20,000 bases of DNA from Rhizaria sp. SCN 62-66 (GCA_001724265.1 MEDY01000113.1:58660-78659), one strand, 5' to 3'; positions 1 to 10,070 are shown, counted from the first letter of the stretch. Translations and numbers: made by a program. The notes: generated by a model not told the origin, from the sequence alone.

Positions 1-1
1 C

Positions 2-3000
2 ACGGGCGCCGGTGCGCGGGCCCGCGTTGGCGCGCTGTCGCCGGCGGGCGCGCTGGTGCAGCGCGTGGTCGCGGCTGCGTGCGCGGCGCAGGAGCTGGCG
101 CACCTCTGCGACCCCGCCGCGCAGCCGCCCTCGGTAGTCTTGGCGCAGTCACGCGCGTCGCTGCACCTCGTACTCGCGGGCGCCGACGCCGCCGCGCCTG
201 CTCCGGGCGCCGAGAGCGAGCAGCAGAGGCAGAGGCCGTACAGCGGCGCGCGGCCCGCGGCGGCCAAGACGCCCTTGGCGGCGCGGCCGGAGCAGCAGAA
301 AAGCAAGAAGACCACAGGTGGCGGCTGGGCGCCGTGGAGCGGCGTGGACGCCGTGGCCGCGGCCGCCGCAGCCGCCGCCGCCGCGGCCGAGGCGCTGGGC
401 TCGCTATCGACGCACCTGAGCAGCGCGGCCAAGGCTCTGCCACCCGCGATGGCGTGGCTGGCCCCGGCGCTCTCGATGACCCCGCGCGCCGCCGCCGCGC
501 TCGTCGCCGTGGCCGCTCTGCCGCAGCTCGCGGGGGAGCTCGCCGCCGCGGGCTCGGCCGCTGCGATGACCGCGCTCGCCGGCAACAGCCACAGCAGCAG
601 CGGGAACGACGCGGCGGGCTCGGCGCCCGGACTGCACCGCATGTTGTCGCCGCTGTCGCCGCACGCGGGCCCCCGCGCGGCGCCCTCGCTGTCCGCGGGC
701 TCCGTCGGCGACAGCGCGTCCGCGGGCAATGGCACCGGCAACGGCAGCGGCGGCGGCAGCGGCGGCGCGGGCCCCGTGACGCCGCTGCTGGGCTCGCTGG
801 TGTCGCCCTCCAAGGCCGGCGCGCGCAGGCTCGCGCAGGTGACCGCGGCTGCCGACGCGCCCTCCGCCCAGTCGCAGTCTCAGCTGCAGTCGCAGGGACA
901 GGGACAGAACGGAGGCGGCGTGACCGCGGGCCAGGCACTGACGCTGGCGCTGGGCCAGACGCCGTCGTCGTTTCCGTCGCTCTCGGCGCTGTCGCTGGCG
1001 CTGACGCCGCTGCCGCACGCGCAGTCGCCGCTGACGCCGGCCTGGGTGGCGCTGTCCCCGGGCTTCTGGGACCCCGCCGCAGTGACGGATCCCGCGCTGC
1101 CCGCGCCGCGCTCCTTCATCGCCGGACTCTCCGGCGTGTCGGGCAACGACGTCGCGCTGTTCCACAACGCGCTGGGCGTGCTGCTCTTCTACACGCGCCG
1201 CGCGCAGGCGCTTGCCTCCGCCACGGCCTTCTCGCGCACCGCGCTCACCGTCTGGAAGGGCGGCCCCGCGCCCCCCGTAGCGGCGAACGTGAACACGGCC
1301 ATCGCGGCTGCGGCCGCGGTCTCACCCGCCGCTGCCGCTGCCGCCGCCGCCGCGGCGACCGCCGCCGCCGCGTCCGCCGCGGTGGCCGCGTCGCTGCGGC
1401 AGTCGTCCGCAGCGTGGGTCTCCGACGACCGACTGACGGTGCGCGAGCTGCAGCGGCGGCACCACGCCGCGGTGCCTTACACGCGCGAGGCCGCGACGCA
1501 GGCCGCGATGGCCGTACGCGCCTCGGACCTGGCCGAGCGTGAGCGCGCGCACTCGCAGTCGCTGAGCAGCGGCGGCGGCGCTGCAGGCAGCTCCAACTCG
1601 GACGAGACGCTTGCGTGCTTCTCCGCCGCGCGCTCGCTCCTCAACGCCGGGCTGCTGCTGCTCGAGGGCGGGAAGCTGCTCGAGGCGCTGCACCAGTTCG
1701 AGCTCGCGGTTGCCGACGCCGCCAGCGCGCTCGGCACCGCCGTCGTGACGGCGACGGGCAGCGGCTACACGCGCGGCAGCGGCCGCGCCGCGGCCGGCCA
1801 CGGCAACAGCGGCGGCAGCGGCGGCGGCGGCGACCACCACTCGCTGGTGGGCATGACGGCGCAGACCGCGGCGGCCGTCAACGCCGCCGCCGTCATGGCG
1901 TCCACGTCAGCGGCCGCCGCGCTGCCGCACCCGGCCAGCGCGAGCAGCAACAGCAACAGCAGCGCCAACTCCGTCGCGGATACGCCTCTGGGCGGCGGGT
2001 ACAGACCCGTCAACAGCAACAACAACAACGGCAGCGGCAACGGCGGCGCTGGCGGCGCGGCGTGGGGCGCCCCCACGACGGCGGCCGCGCTCCCGGGCTC
2101 TGCGGCCGCGTCACCAGCGGCCGCGCGCACGCTGCTGCTGCGCGCGCGCAACAACCTCGCTGTGGTGCTCGAGCGGCTTAACTTTGTGCCCGAGGCGTTG
2201 CGCGAGCTGACGGCCGCGGCGGCGCTGGAGCCGTACCCGGGCGTGGCGTCGTTCAACCTGGCCACGATGGAGGCGCGCGCGGGCCGGCACTATGACGCCG
2301 TGCTGCTGTACACGCGGCTCATTGAGCGGTGCGACGAGCTTTGCATCCGGCCCTGCGACGACATGGGCAACGTCAACGCGCTCAAGGGGCGCAGGCGCAC
2401 GCTCTACAGCAACAGCAGCAGCAACAGCAACAGCACCACGCCTGTTGCGACCGCGGCAGCCGCCGCGACGGCGGGCGCTCCCGCTTGCACCTCACTGGTG
2501 GCCGCCTCTGCCGCGACGAATGCTGCTGCAGCCGGCGCAGCGTCGTCGCCGCAGCTGCTGTCACTGCTGGCGCCCGCGCCGTGGGACTCGCTGTCGCAGG
2601 AGCCCGTCGGGGTCGGCGAGGGCGACGACGCATCCTCCTCCGCGCTGCCACCCGACGCCGCCGCCGACGCCGCTGCCGCCGCTGCGGGCGCACTGTGCTT
2701 CGACGACGATGCGCAGGAGCGCGCGGCACTGACGGAGCTGCTGCCGCTGGCGGTGCTGAACCGTGCCGTGTGCTACCAGCTGCTGTACGAGCTGGCCGTC
2801 GCTGCGCGCGGGTTCGAGGAGGCGCTGGAGCTGGCGCCCGGGTTCACACTCGCGGTGTACAACCGCGCGCACCTGCACCTGCGCCGCGGCGACGTCGCGG
2901 CCGCGGTGCAGGACGTGCTGCGAGCGCTCAAGGAGCTCGTGCCCGCGCAGGACATCGCGCGCGCGGCGACTGCGACGCGCTCCGCTCTCGCCGCGCCCGC

Positions 3001-6000
3001 ACTCACGAACGCGGCCTCCGGTGGCAGCGCAACGAGCGCTGTCACCACCAAGACGGGGTTCCGCGCTGGCAGCGGCGTGTCTGCTGCGGCGGCCAACGTG
3101 CTCTCGGCACTACCCGCGCCCGTGTCGTCCGCGCTGCACGCCTTCCTGGTCGCGACGCCGGGTGACGCGATGGGCCGCGAGCGCGCGCTGCGGGCGCTGG
3201 GCGACGTGATCACGGCGTCGCGCGCCACCATTGCGCGTGCGCCCACGGTGCCCGCGCCGCGGTACCTGCTCGAGCTGTACCAGTACTGCCAGCGCTGCCA
3301 GTGGGCGCTCGCAGTCGCGTGCAAGGACCTCTCCGCCGCGCTGCAGGTGCTGCCGCTGTACAACGTCGTGCTGCACAGCGACAGCACCAAGTACAACGAG
3401 CAGCGGCTCCGTGTGCGGGCGCGCGCGCTTGCTCGCGCGGGCTGCGGCGCGCGGCAGCGCTCCATCGCGGCTGCCGCCGCTTCCTCCGCTGACGCCGCAA
3501 ACAGTCATAATACTGCCGGTGGTGCTGAGAGCGGAGAGGGCAACGCCGTTGGCAGCGGCGGCGACGACTGCGACGGGGACGACGACGGCGAGAGCGCTGA
3601 GCAGCTCAACGCCGGGTGGTACACGCACTACCTCACCGAGGCGACGCTCGTCCGCGCGCCCGCGGGCGGCGGCGCGGCCGAGGCAGGTCCCAATGTCGCC
3701 GGCCGGGAGCCCCCCGCGGCGCTGGCGGCGCGCGTGCGGCGGCTGCACGCGCTGCAGCAGCGGCGCGAGCGCAACGTCAACGCGGCCGCGCGCGCCGCAC
3801 AGCTGGAGACGTCGCGGCGCTTCTACGCGTCGATGTTCTACGCGCTGCTGCACCGCAACGCGCGCGGCGAGTCCACCACGGCCACCAGCGCCGCCGCGCA
3901 GTCTGCCGCGGCCACGGCCGCCGCGCGCGTTGCGGCCGTCACCGGCGCGAGCAACGATAGCACGGGCGCGGCGGCGGGCACGGCGTCGTCCGCGCTGCCG
4001 TCGCACCTGCCGCCGCCGCTGACGCCGCCAGACGCGTTCGACCCGTTCCGGCTCGCCGACCTCTCCTCGGCCGAGCTGCGCGCGGTTGAGGAGGTGCTGC
4101 TGCAGCTGGGCGTGGACCCCGCGCTGCCCGACGGCGCCAACACCGCCGCCGCGCTCACCGCGCACCTCACCGCGACGTACTGCGACGACACTGCCGACAG
4201 CGCCGGTGCCGGCGACGGTGAGACCGACACTGAGGCCGAGGCCGGCGTGCGCGCGCACCGCTTCCTCTTCACCGGCGGCCTCACCGCGATCGAGTGGGCC
4301 CCCGAGGCGGCCGCCGTCGCCGACTGCCTGCTCGCTGCGCTGTCTGCGCAGGTCGCGGGCCGCTACGCGCGCGCGCTGCGGGCGCTCGAGCGCGCACAGG
4401 CGCACTTCCCGCTTGTGCGTCGCCTGCCGCCGGTGCTCGGCGCGCTGAGCTGGCGCGTGGAGACGCTCGTGGCGCTGTGGCGCCAGGGGCTACTGGTGGC
4501 CGCGGGGCGCTTCGACGACGCCGCCGACGCCGTGCTGTCGCGCGTGTCAATCCTCAGCACGTCGTCGATCGCGCAGGCGCTGCGCGAGGTCGAGGAGGAA
4601 GCCGAGGTGCGGCGCCGCGTGCGCGAGGGCGCGAGCGCCGACGCCGCTATCGAGGCCTCTGGCAAGGCCAGCTTCGCCGCGCTCGACACGGCGTCTGCGC
4701 GCGCGCTGCAGACGAGTAGCGAGGTCCGCAGCGTGCTGCTGAACGCGCGCGCCGCGGCGCAGGCCGGCGCGTCAGGGGCTGCGCTTATGGCGGGCGGCTT
4801 GGGCGCTGGCTCTGCCGCTGGTGCGGGTGGAGCCGGCACCGGCAGCGCTCAGATGCGCACGCGCGGGCTCGGCATGATTGACGTCACCGCGTCTCTGTCT
4901 TCGACGCGCGGCGCCAGTGCTGCGGGTTCTCACGGCACCGGCGCGGCTGGGAGCGACGCCATGTCCCCGCGCGAGGTGGACCTGGCGCTCTCTGTCGAGG
5001 GACTCAAAGAGCGACTGCGGCAGAAGCGGCAGCGCCCGAGTCGTCTCGCGGCCATGACGGGCCGGCGCCGCGTGTTCGACTCGTTTTTGCTCAACATCGC
5101 CGGAAACATCCACCAAGCGCGCGGCCACGCCGACGATGCATTCCGGTGCTACCAGCTCGCCATCGGGCTCGACCCGTCGAGCATCTACCCCGTGATGAAC
5201 CGCGCCGTCCTGGCGTCGGCGCAGAGCAGGTACGTGCTTGCGCTGCGCCACTACCAAACGCTGTTAGAGCTCTACACGCAGTACTACATCAAGCAACACA
5301 AGATCGCGGTCGCCAAGCTCCCCGCTGCCGCGAACGCTGCACACAGCAATCGCGCCTCGGCGAATCCGACTGCGAGTGCTGCTGCTGACGCAAGTGGAAG
5401 TGCAAGTGCTGCTTCCAGTGCAGGTGGAACTGCTGCGAATGGGACTGGAACCAAGACAACAGTCATCACGACTTCTAGCGGCATGTCTCTCTCATTCACA
5501 ACTCCTGGCAGCAGCAACGGCAACAGTGGCGGCTCCAAGTCATCCTCTCTCTTCCCCAGTGCGAACGGGTCGACCAATGGTGCCGACGCGTTCTCAGTCT
5601 CGGCGACCGTGGGCGTCCCCAGCCCTCTGGCCGACGCTCTTGCGGGCCACCGCACGCCCGAGTCGACGCTGTTGTCGATCCTGCAGGGCTACATGCTCGT
5701 GTTGCGCCACCTACCGCAGGCGCGCTGGTTCGCGCTCCCCGCGCTGCAGGGCCGTCTCGCGCGCGCCATCGCCGACTACCAGCGCAGCGAGATCGACGCG
5801 CGGCACGGCACGCGCGCCGCGGCGCCGTTGCAGGCCGCCGCCGCGGTCGTCATCACCGCTGCGGGCGTTAGCACGGACGAGATCGCGGCCGCAGCGGCTG
5901 CGGAGGCGGCTGGGCGCGCTGCAGAGCATGTCAAGTCGGTCGCGGGCAGTGGAGACAACGCGGCGGCGGCGGCGGCAGCAGCGGCCGCGGCGGCAGCTGC

Positions 6001-6121
6001 AGCGGCGGCTGACCCTGCTTTGGAGGCTGCGAGGGCGACTATGGACGCCGTGGACAGCCAGTGCGACAGGTTCCTGCTGACGATGCGCAGGCGCGCTGCC
6101 GCTGCCGGCCACAAGGAGTGA
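2..6121 (+). CDS. Giant tetratricopeptide-repeat (TPR) protein, 5'-partial, with long Ala/Gly/Ser/Asn low-complexity linkers
   Basis: Frame is open from base 2 to TGA at 6119-6121; the GTG at 56 is unlikely to be the start. Strong GC3 bias, and an abrupt drop to AT-rich sequence after the stop. TPR-like motifs: ARNNLAVVLERLNFVPEALRELTAAAALEP, ASFNLATMEARAGRHYDAVLLYTRLIER, AVLNRAVCYQLLYELAVAARGFEEALELAP, AVYNRAHLHLRRGDVAAAVQDVLRAL, IAGNIHQARGHADDAFRCYQLAIGLDP. Confidence 0.85.
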   Translation, partial: TGAGARARVGALSPAGALVQRVVAAACAAQELAHLCDPAAQPPSVVLAQSRASLHLVLAGADAAAPAPGAESEQQRQRPYSGARPAAAKTPLAARPEQQKSKKTTGGGWAPWSGVDAVAAAAAAAAAAAEALGSLSTHLSSAAKALPPAMAWLAPALSMTPRAAAALVAVAALPQLAGELAAAGSAAAMTALAGNSHSSSGNDAAGSAPGLHRMLSPLSPHAGPRAAPSLSAGSVGDSASAGNGTGNGSGGGSGGAGPVTPLLGSLVSPSKAGARRLAQVTAAADAPSAQSQSQLQSQGQGQNGGGVTAGQALTLALGQTPSSFPSLSALSLALTPLPHAQSPLTPAWVALSPGFWDPAAVTDPALPAPRSFIAGLSGVSGNDVALFHNALGVLLFYTRRAQALASATAFSRTALTVWKGGPAPPVAANVNTAIAAAAAVSPAAAAAAAAAATAAAASAAVAASLRQSSAAWVSDDRLTVRELQRRHHAAVPYTREAATQAAMAVRASDLAERERAHSQSLSSGGGAAGSSNSDETLACFSAARSLLNAGLLLLEGGKLLEALHQFELAVADAASALGTAVVTATGSGYTRGSGRAAAGHGNSGGSGGGGDHHSLVGMTAQTAAAVNAAAVMASTSAAAALPHPASASSNSNSSANSVADTPLGGGYRPVNSNNNNGSGNGGAGGAAWGAPTTAAALPGSAAASPAAARTLLLRARNNLAVVLERLNFVPEALRELTAAAALEPYPGVASFNLATMEARAGRHYDAVLLYTRLIERCDELCIRPCDDMGNVNALKGRRRTLYSNSSSNSNSTTPVATAAAAATAGAPACTSLVAASAATNAAAAGAASSPQLLSLLAPAPWDSLSQEPVGVGEGDDASSSALPPDAAADAAAAAAGALCFDDDAQERAALTELLPLAVLNRAVCYQLLYELAVAARGFEEALELAPGFTLAVYNRAHLHLRRGDVAAAVQDVLRALKELVPAQDIARAATATRSALAAPALTNAASGGSATSAVTTKTGFRAGSGVSAAAANVLSALPAPVSSALHAFLVATPGDAMGRERALRALGDVITASRATIARAPTVPAPRYLLELYQYCQRCQWALAVACKDLSAALQVLPLYNVVLHSDSTKYNEQRLRVRARALARAGCGARQRSIAAAAASSADAANSHNTAGGAESGEGNAVGSGGDDCDGDDDGESAEQLNAGWYTHYLTEATLVRAPAGGGAAEAGPNVAGREPPAALAARVRRLHALQQRRERNVNAAARAAQLETSRRFYASMFYALLHRNARGESTTATSAAAQSAAATAAARVAAVTGASNDSTGAAAGTASSALPSHLPPPLTPPDAFDPFRLADLSSAELRAVEEVLLQLGVDPALPDGANTAAALTAHLTATYCDDTADSAGAGDGETDTEAEAGVRAHRFLFTGGLTAIEWAPEAAAVADCLLAALSAQVAGRYARALRALERAQAHFPLVRRLPPVLGALSWRVETLVALWRQGLLVAAGRFDDAADAVLSRVSILSTSSIAQALREVEEEAEVRRRVREGASADAAIEASGKASFAALDTASARALQTSSEVRSVLLNARAAAQAGASGAALMAGGLGAGSAAGAGGAGTGSAQMRTRGLGMIDVTASLSSTRGASAAGSHGTGAAGSDAMSPREVDLALSVEGLKERLRQKRQRPSRLAAMTGRRRVFDSFLLNIAGNIHQARGHADDAFRCYQLAIGLDPSSIYPVMNRAVLASAQSRYVLALRHYQTLLELYTQYYIKQHKIAVAKLPAAANAAHSNRASANPTASAAADASGSASAASSAGGTAANGTGTKTTVITTSSGMSLSFTTPGSSNGNSGGSKSSSLFPSANGSTNGADAFSVSATVGVPSPLADALAGHRTPESTLLSILQGYMLVLRHLPQARWFALPALQGRLARAIADYQRSEIDARHGTRAAAPLQAAAAVVITAAGVSTDEIAAAAAAEAAGRAAEHVKSVAGSGDNAAAAAAAAAAAAAAAAADPALEAARATMDAVDSQCDRFLLTMRRRAAAAGHKE
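5961..6010 (+). repeat. (GCN)n trinucleotide run encoding poly-Ala
   Basis: gcggcggcggcggcggcagcagcggccgcggcggcagctgcagcggcggct, in frame within the TPR gene. One of many such runs in the window. Confidence 0.7.
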
Positions 6122-6590
6122 AGTGAAACAACGAAAATCACGCTTTCTTTCCAGCCCTGATCAGAAATACGAGACTTGCATTGTCGTTTTTTTCTATATT
6201 CAAGTTCAATCGATGTTTATTATCAAAATTACCAAGATCCCTACTTAGTTTTGTTTCCAACAATCATACATTACAGTCAATTTCAAAACATCTAAATAAC
6301 AATTACTCCTTCCGAATTCGATATCGTCTATGCGTCATCGTATGCGATTTAACATGATTACAGAAGAAATAAAGCTTAGGGAAGAAATAATATTGTGATT
6401 TTATTTATTTAGAATCAATCTTAATCATAAAATCCCAGCAATGGCCACACATCTACCGCTCATTTGATAAGCGATTGTTGTTGAACCCAACCATTGGAGA
6501 ATTCACAATCCACTTGCTCCTCGTGGCCGCTTCAAGCTCGCACCGCGCCTCTCTGTGTCGGGTTTCTCTGTGCGCATGCGCGCGTTTCAC

Positions 6591-8747
6591 TCAGCCGTCC
6601 TGCGCGGGCGCGTTGGCCCCCGCGTAGAGGAACTCCCAGCGGTGCTTGTACTTCCACGCCTTGTGCGCGTGCACGACGACGGCGGCGTTGAGGAACACGC
6701 GCTGCCCCGCGCGCAGCGGGACCTCAACCAGCGCGCCGCACAGCTCGTGCAGGTTGTCCATGAGCGTGAGCTCGTGCTTGAACGTGATGGCGTCCTTGCC
6801 CGTGGCGCGCACGAACTCCTCGGTCATCTCGAGCGCGAAGTATGCGCTCTTCTTGGCGCACCAGTCGTAGAGCGTGAGGCCCGGCACGTTGCAGTTGACG
6901 AGCACGCCGTGCTTCTTGGTCGAGGCCACAACAGCGTCCTCGAGCAGCGTCGCGTTGAACGGGAACGCCATCACCTTGAGCGCGCAGAGCGCGTGCAGAG
7001 ACAGCAGCACCGGCTGCGCGGCGGGCATGTTCGCGCCGCCGCTGCCCTGCGACTGCTGCGGCTGCTGCACCGACTGCGGGACGGGCCCCGTGGAGTAGGG
7101 GAAGATGAAGTACGTCCCGGGCTCGAGCGCGTGGCACTCGGCGTGGTTGTAGCGCGCGAGCAGCAGACTCGACTCGGCGACGACCTCGCCCAGCCCGTAC
7201 ATCTTGGGCACCTCGGCCGCCATCGCGGCGGGCGACAGCGCGGCGCCGCCCGCAGGGGGCTGATAGCCCGCGTTGGGCACAGCCTTGCAGATGAGCACCG
7301 AGCTAGCGAAATAGCCCATCGTGCCCTCCTGCTGGTGCAGCGCGGCGAACAGCGACGTGGCGGCGGGCACCTCGAGCAGGTAGAACTGCGTGGTGAAGTC
7401 AAAGAGCCGCGCGGAGGGCGCGTCGGGGAACGGCGACAGTGCGGACTCGGGCAGCGGCGCCGGGTGACGGAGGAACTGGGTCGGAATGCGCACCTCCTGC
7501 CAGTCGCGGCGGTAGAAACACACCGAGAGCATGCGGAAGTGCTGGCAGAAGTCGGCGAAGGGCATGATAAACTCGCCCGAGTCGGACCCGCCCGTGGCGC
7601 CGCCCTGCGCGGCCGCGTCGAGCACGCGCGCGACGGGCTCCAGACTGCGAATGTGGGCGTATTCGGGCTGAGCCCACAGCGACGACCGCGCAGCCCACGC
7701 GCCGGTCCACGTCGCCGCGGGGTCCAGCGTGCTGCGCAGCACCACGAGCTGCGGGTCCGAGGCCTGCTGCGGGGGCAGCACGCCCAGCACGGTGTAGTGC
7801 GCGCGCGGGAGCAGCCCCGTGGCCGTGGGGTCTGTCTTATCCGAGGCAGCAACCATGACGAAGCCCTGCAGCGTCCACTCGGACATACGAGCCCACAACT
7901 CATTGGCGGCGGCGCCGCGCACGCGCAGCGGCAGTGCCTCGACCGGGCAGCCGGTGATAAAGTGCATAAGCTCGTGTGGCAGCCGCACCAGCAGTGAGGC
8001 GTACGATCCGATGCACTTGGCGAAGGCCTTGGTGACGAGCGCGGCCCACAGGTCGTTGCCGTGGTTGCGCGTGAAGAGCGGCCCCGCCAGCGGCATGTAC
8101 GGCACGTAGTCGTCCACCGTCACGAGGCTGCGCTGGCCCGACGTGTCGCACACGTAGAGCGAGTAGCGTTGCACCGCTGAGGGCTGCTTGGACGCGAAGA
8201 GCCGCTGGATCAGCTCCGGGCGCTCGGCCAGCGCGGCAAGCGTGGCGGGCAGCCAGGAGGACTCGGCCGCGCCGGCGCGCACGGCGCGGGGCTCCAGCTC
8301 GGCGGCCTTGAGCAGCGTGCAGTGCTCTGCGCCCAGCACCTCAGAGAGGCGGCGCCACGTCGCGCCGCGCATCTTGGGGTGCAGCAGCGCCTCTGTCGGC
8401 GCAGCGCCGCTGCCGCCGTGGTTGCTCGCGCCGGCGGGCGCACCGGGGGCGGCGGAGGCGGAAGCGGCGGCGGCGAGCTGCGCCTCGCGCTTGGCGCGCG
8501 CCGCGGGGCCGAGCAGCGAGGCCTCGGAGGGCGGGAAGTCGAGGTCCACGAACGCGATCTTGTTGTCCTCGCACACCCGCTCCAGCGCGACGGGGTCCAC
8601 CGAGCTAAAGGCTGCGGCGGCCGCGGCCGAGGAAGAGGCATCGGCGCCGGAGCCCGACGCGCCGCCCGTAGCCACGCCCGCGGTGGCGGAGGAGTTGGCG
8701 CCGGAGCGGGAGACGAGCGCCAAAGCCTCTTTGAGCGAGGCGATGGC
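6591..8747 (-). CDS. Calpain-like protein (CysPc/peptidase C2 domain, domain III and C-terminal beta domain), probably inactive; exon 2
   Basis: Calpain motifs FVDLDFPPSEASL, TWRRLSE, SSWLPATLAALAERPELIQRLF, VTVDDYVP, DLWAALVTKAFAKCIGSYASL, ITGCP, GEFIMPFADFCQHF, LEPGTYFIFPYSTG. Acceptor ttgttccgtcTAG|GCC at 8749-8748 is in frame (phase 0). Stop is TGA at 6591-6593. Confidence 0.88.
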   Translation of the reverse strand, partial: AIASLKEALALVSRSGANSSATAGVATGGASGSGADASSSAAAAAAFSSVDPVALERVCEDNKIAFVDLDFPPSEASLLGPAARAKREAQLAAAASASAAPGAPAGASNHGGSGAAPTEALLHPKMRGATWRRLSEVLGAEHCTLLKAAELEPRAVRAGAAESSWLPATLAALAERPELIQRLFASKQPSAVQRYSLYVCDTSGQRSLVTVDDYVPYMPLAGPLFTRNHGNDLWAALVTKAFAKCIGSYASLLVRLPHELMHFITGCPVEALPLRVRGAAANELWARMSEWTLQGFVMVAASDKTDPTATGLLPRAHYTVLGVLPPQQASDPQLVVLRSTLDPAATWTGAWAARSSLWAQPEYAHIRSLEPVARVLDAAAQGGATGGSDSGEFIMPFADFCQHFRMLSVCFYRRDWQEVRIPTQFLRHPAPLPESALSPFPDAPSARLFDFTTQFYLLEVPAATSLFAALHQQEGTMGYFASSVLICKAVPNAGYQPPAGGAALSPAAMAAEVPKMYGLGEVVAESSLLLARYNHAECHALEPGTYFIFPYSTGPVPQSVQQPQQSQGSGGANMPAAQPVLLSLHALCALKVMAFPFNATLLEDAVVASTKKHGVLVNCNVPGLTLYDWCAKKSAYFALEMTEEFVRATGKDAITFKHELTLMDNLHELCGALVEVPLRAGQRVFLNAAVVVHAHKAWKYKHRWEFLYAGANAPAQDG

Positions 8748-8916
8748 CTAGACGGAACAATAATGCAAACAAAGATATCAGAAGCGCACAACGTCAGTTA
8801 ATTTCAATTAAACGTTGATTTCATAATAATTGTCACCGAAATACATCGGTTTTCAAAACAATAAAAATATATGCAATTATATCACAAAGATATGCGTGTT
8901 GATAGTAAAAGCATAC
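8748..8916 (-). other. Spliceosomal GT-AG intron (169 nt) of the calpain-like gene
   Basis: Donor CAG|GTATGC at 8916, AT-rich body, CTGAC branch-like motif, TAG acceptor. Splicing joins ...ATDQ to AIASLKEAL... in frame. Confidence 0.88.
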
Positions 8917-9597
8917 CTGGTCGGTGGCCTGGCCGTCCTTGCGCTCCTCGGCGGCCGCGGTGGGCGGGGTGGCGTTCTCGATCATGCGGAAGGCGTAGCG
9001 GTACTTCCACGCCTTGTCGCGGTCGCGCGGGGACATGATGGCGTAGACTTCCTCGGCCTCTGCGGGCACGAAGACGTCGCCGCCGCCGCCCTGGAGAACG
9101 CGCATGTTCTCAAACGCGGTCCACACGATCTTGAGGCGGATGTGCGTGGGGCGCTTGTTGATAACGAGGAGATGCATCTGGCGCAGCGACGTGTACCAAT
9201 GCGCGACAATGACGACGCCAGGACGGATCTCGGTGCGCTCAATCACGCGGCTCACCGCGGGTAGCGTCGAGATCGTCTCGGTCGCCAGAATGCGGTAGCT
9301 GTAGGAGAAACCCGCGGCGCGGTCGATCGAGCGCAGAACGGCGCACACCTGCGCCTCGCCAGGCTGCAGCACGGTGCGTCCCAGACTGTCGCTGCTGGTG
9401 AGGTCCGGCGTCGCGGGGTCAACGTCTGCGACCTCCAGGTTCGACAGCGAAGTCCATTGCACACGAACCTCGACGGGCACCGTGCGCTGGTTCGTCAGGC
9501 GGTAGCTCAGCCGGAAAGAGCTCGAGTCGTAGAGAGCCTCGCCCAACAGGTTGGACTTGACCTCTTTGCTCTCCAGCACCTTGACGGAGCCGCTCAT
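8917..9597 (-). CDS. Calpain-like protein exon 1: two tandem beta-rich domains (spliced protein about 945 aa)
   Basis: ATG at 9597 (MSGSVKVLESKEV) is where GC-rich coding bias begins. The exon ends at the phase-0 donor. An additional upstream coding exon cannot be excluded. Confidence 0.78.
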
Positions 9598-10070
9598 CGG
9601 GAGGAGCAAGAGCTGCTGAGCGTTGAGGAAAGGATTTGATGAACCGTTTGTTGTTCAGTCGTTGACAGGGTGTTTGAGGTGAGGGTTTGGACGGATAGAT
9701 GTGCATTTACAAACATTTGTGGAAAATCCATATGAAATTAAAAAGATTTATGTTCTTACAAAAGTATCATAACATGATTGACGAAGAAGCAAGAGAAATC
9801 TAGACACTTTTCGATTGTGGCTGACCGTTATTGAACTGGCATCGTTTTTTTCGGAACTGCCCCAAATTGATTTGACTTCGCCACCACAAATCGAGTTGCC
9901 TTTATATCACCATTTGCTGTGCTATCCTGCAATCGTAAAACATGAATCAATGCAGCTTTCCTTGAACAAACATGTATTTTCTCTTCAATCACTTATTTAT
10001 AACTCATTAAACTTTGCTTTGACGCCTCTCTTTGTCCTTCTATGGCTTCGACTCAACTCAGCGCTCTGTA
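9598..10070. promoter_or_regulatory. AT-rich divergent intergenic region, likely bidirectional promoter and 5' UTRs
   Basis: 473 nt between the head-to-head start codons at 9597 (-) and 10071 (+). Positional inference only; no specific element identified. Confidence 0.4.

Noticed and set aside
79..6141. Many long alternative-frame and antisense ORFs over the TPR gene (e.g. 79..1542 +, 3110..4405 -)
   Set aside because: Arg/Pro/Gly-rich shadow ORFs expected from very high GC and GC3 bias; no motifs.
6555..7997. 480-aa plus-strand ORF antisense to the calpain-like gene
   Set aside because: Shadow of the GC3-biased minus-strand gene; no domain signal.
8833..9609. 258-aa ORF as a separate gene
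   Set aside because: Its tail (VCFYYQHAY...) is intron read-through; a canonical splice joins it in frame to the calpain exon.
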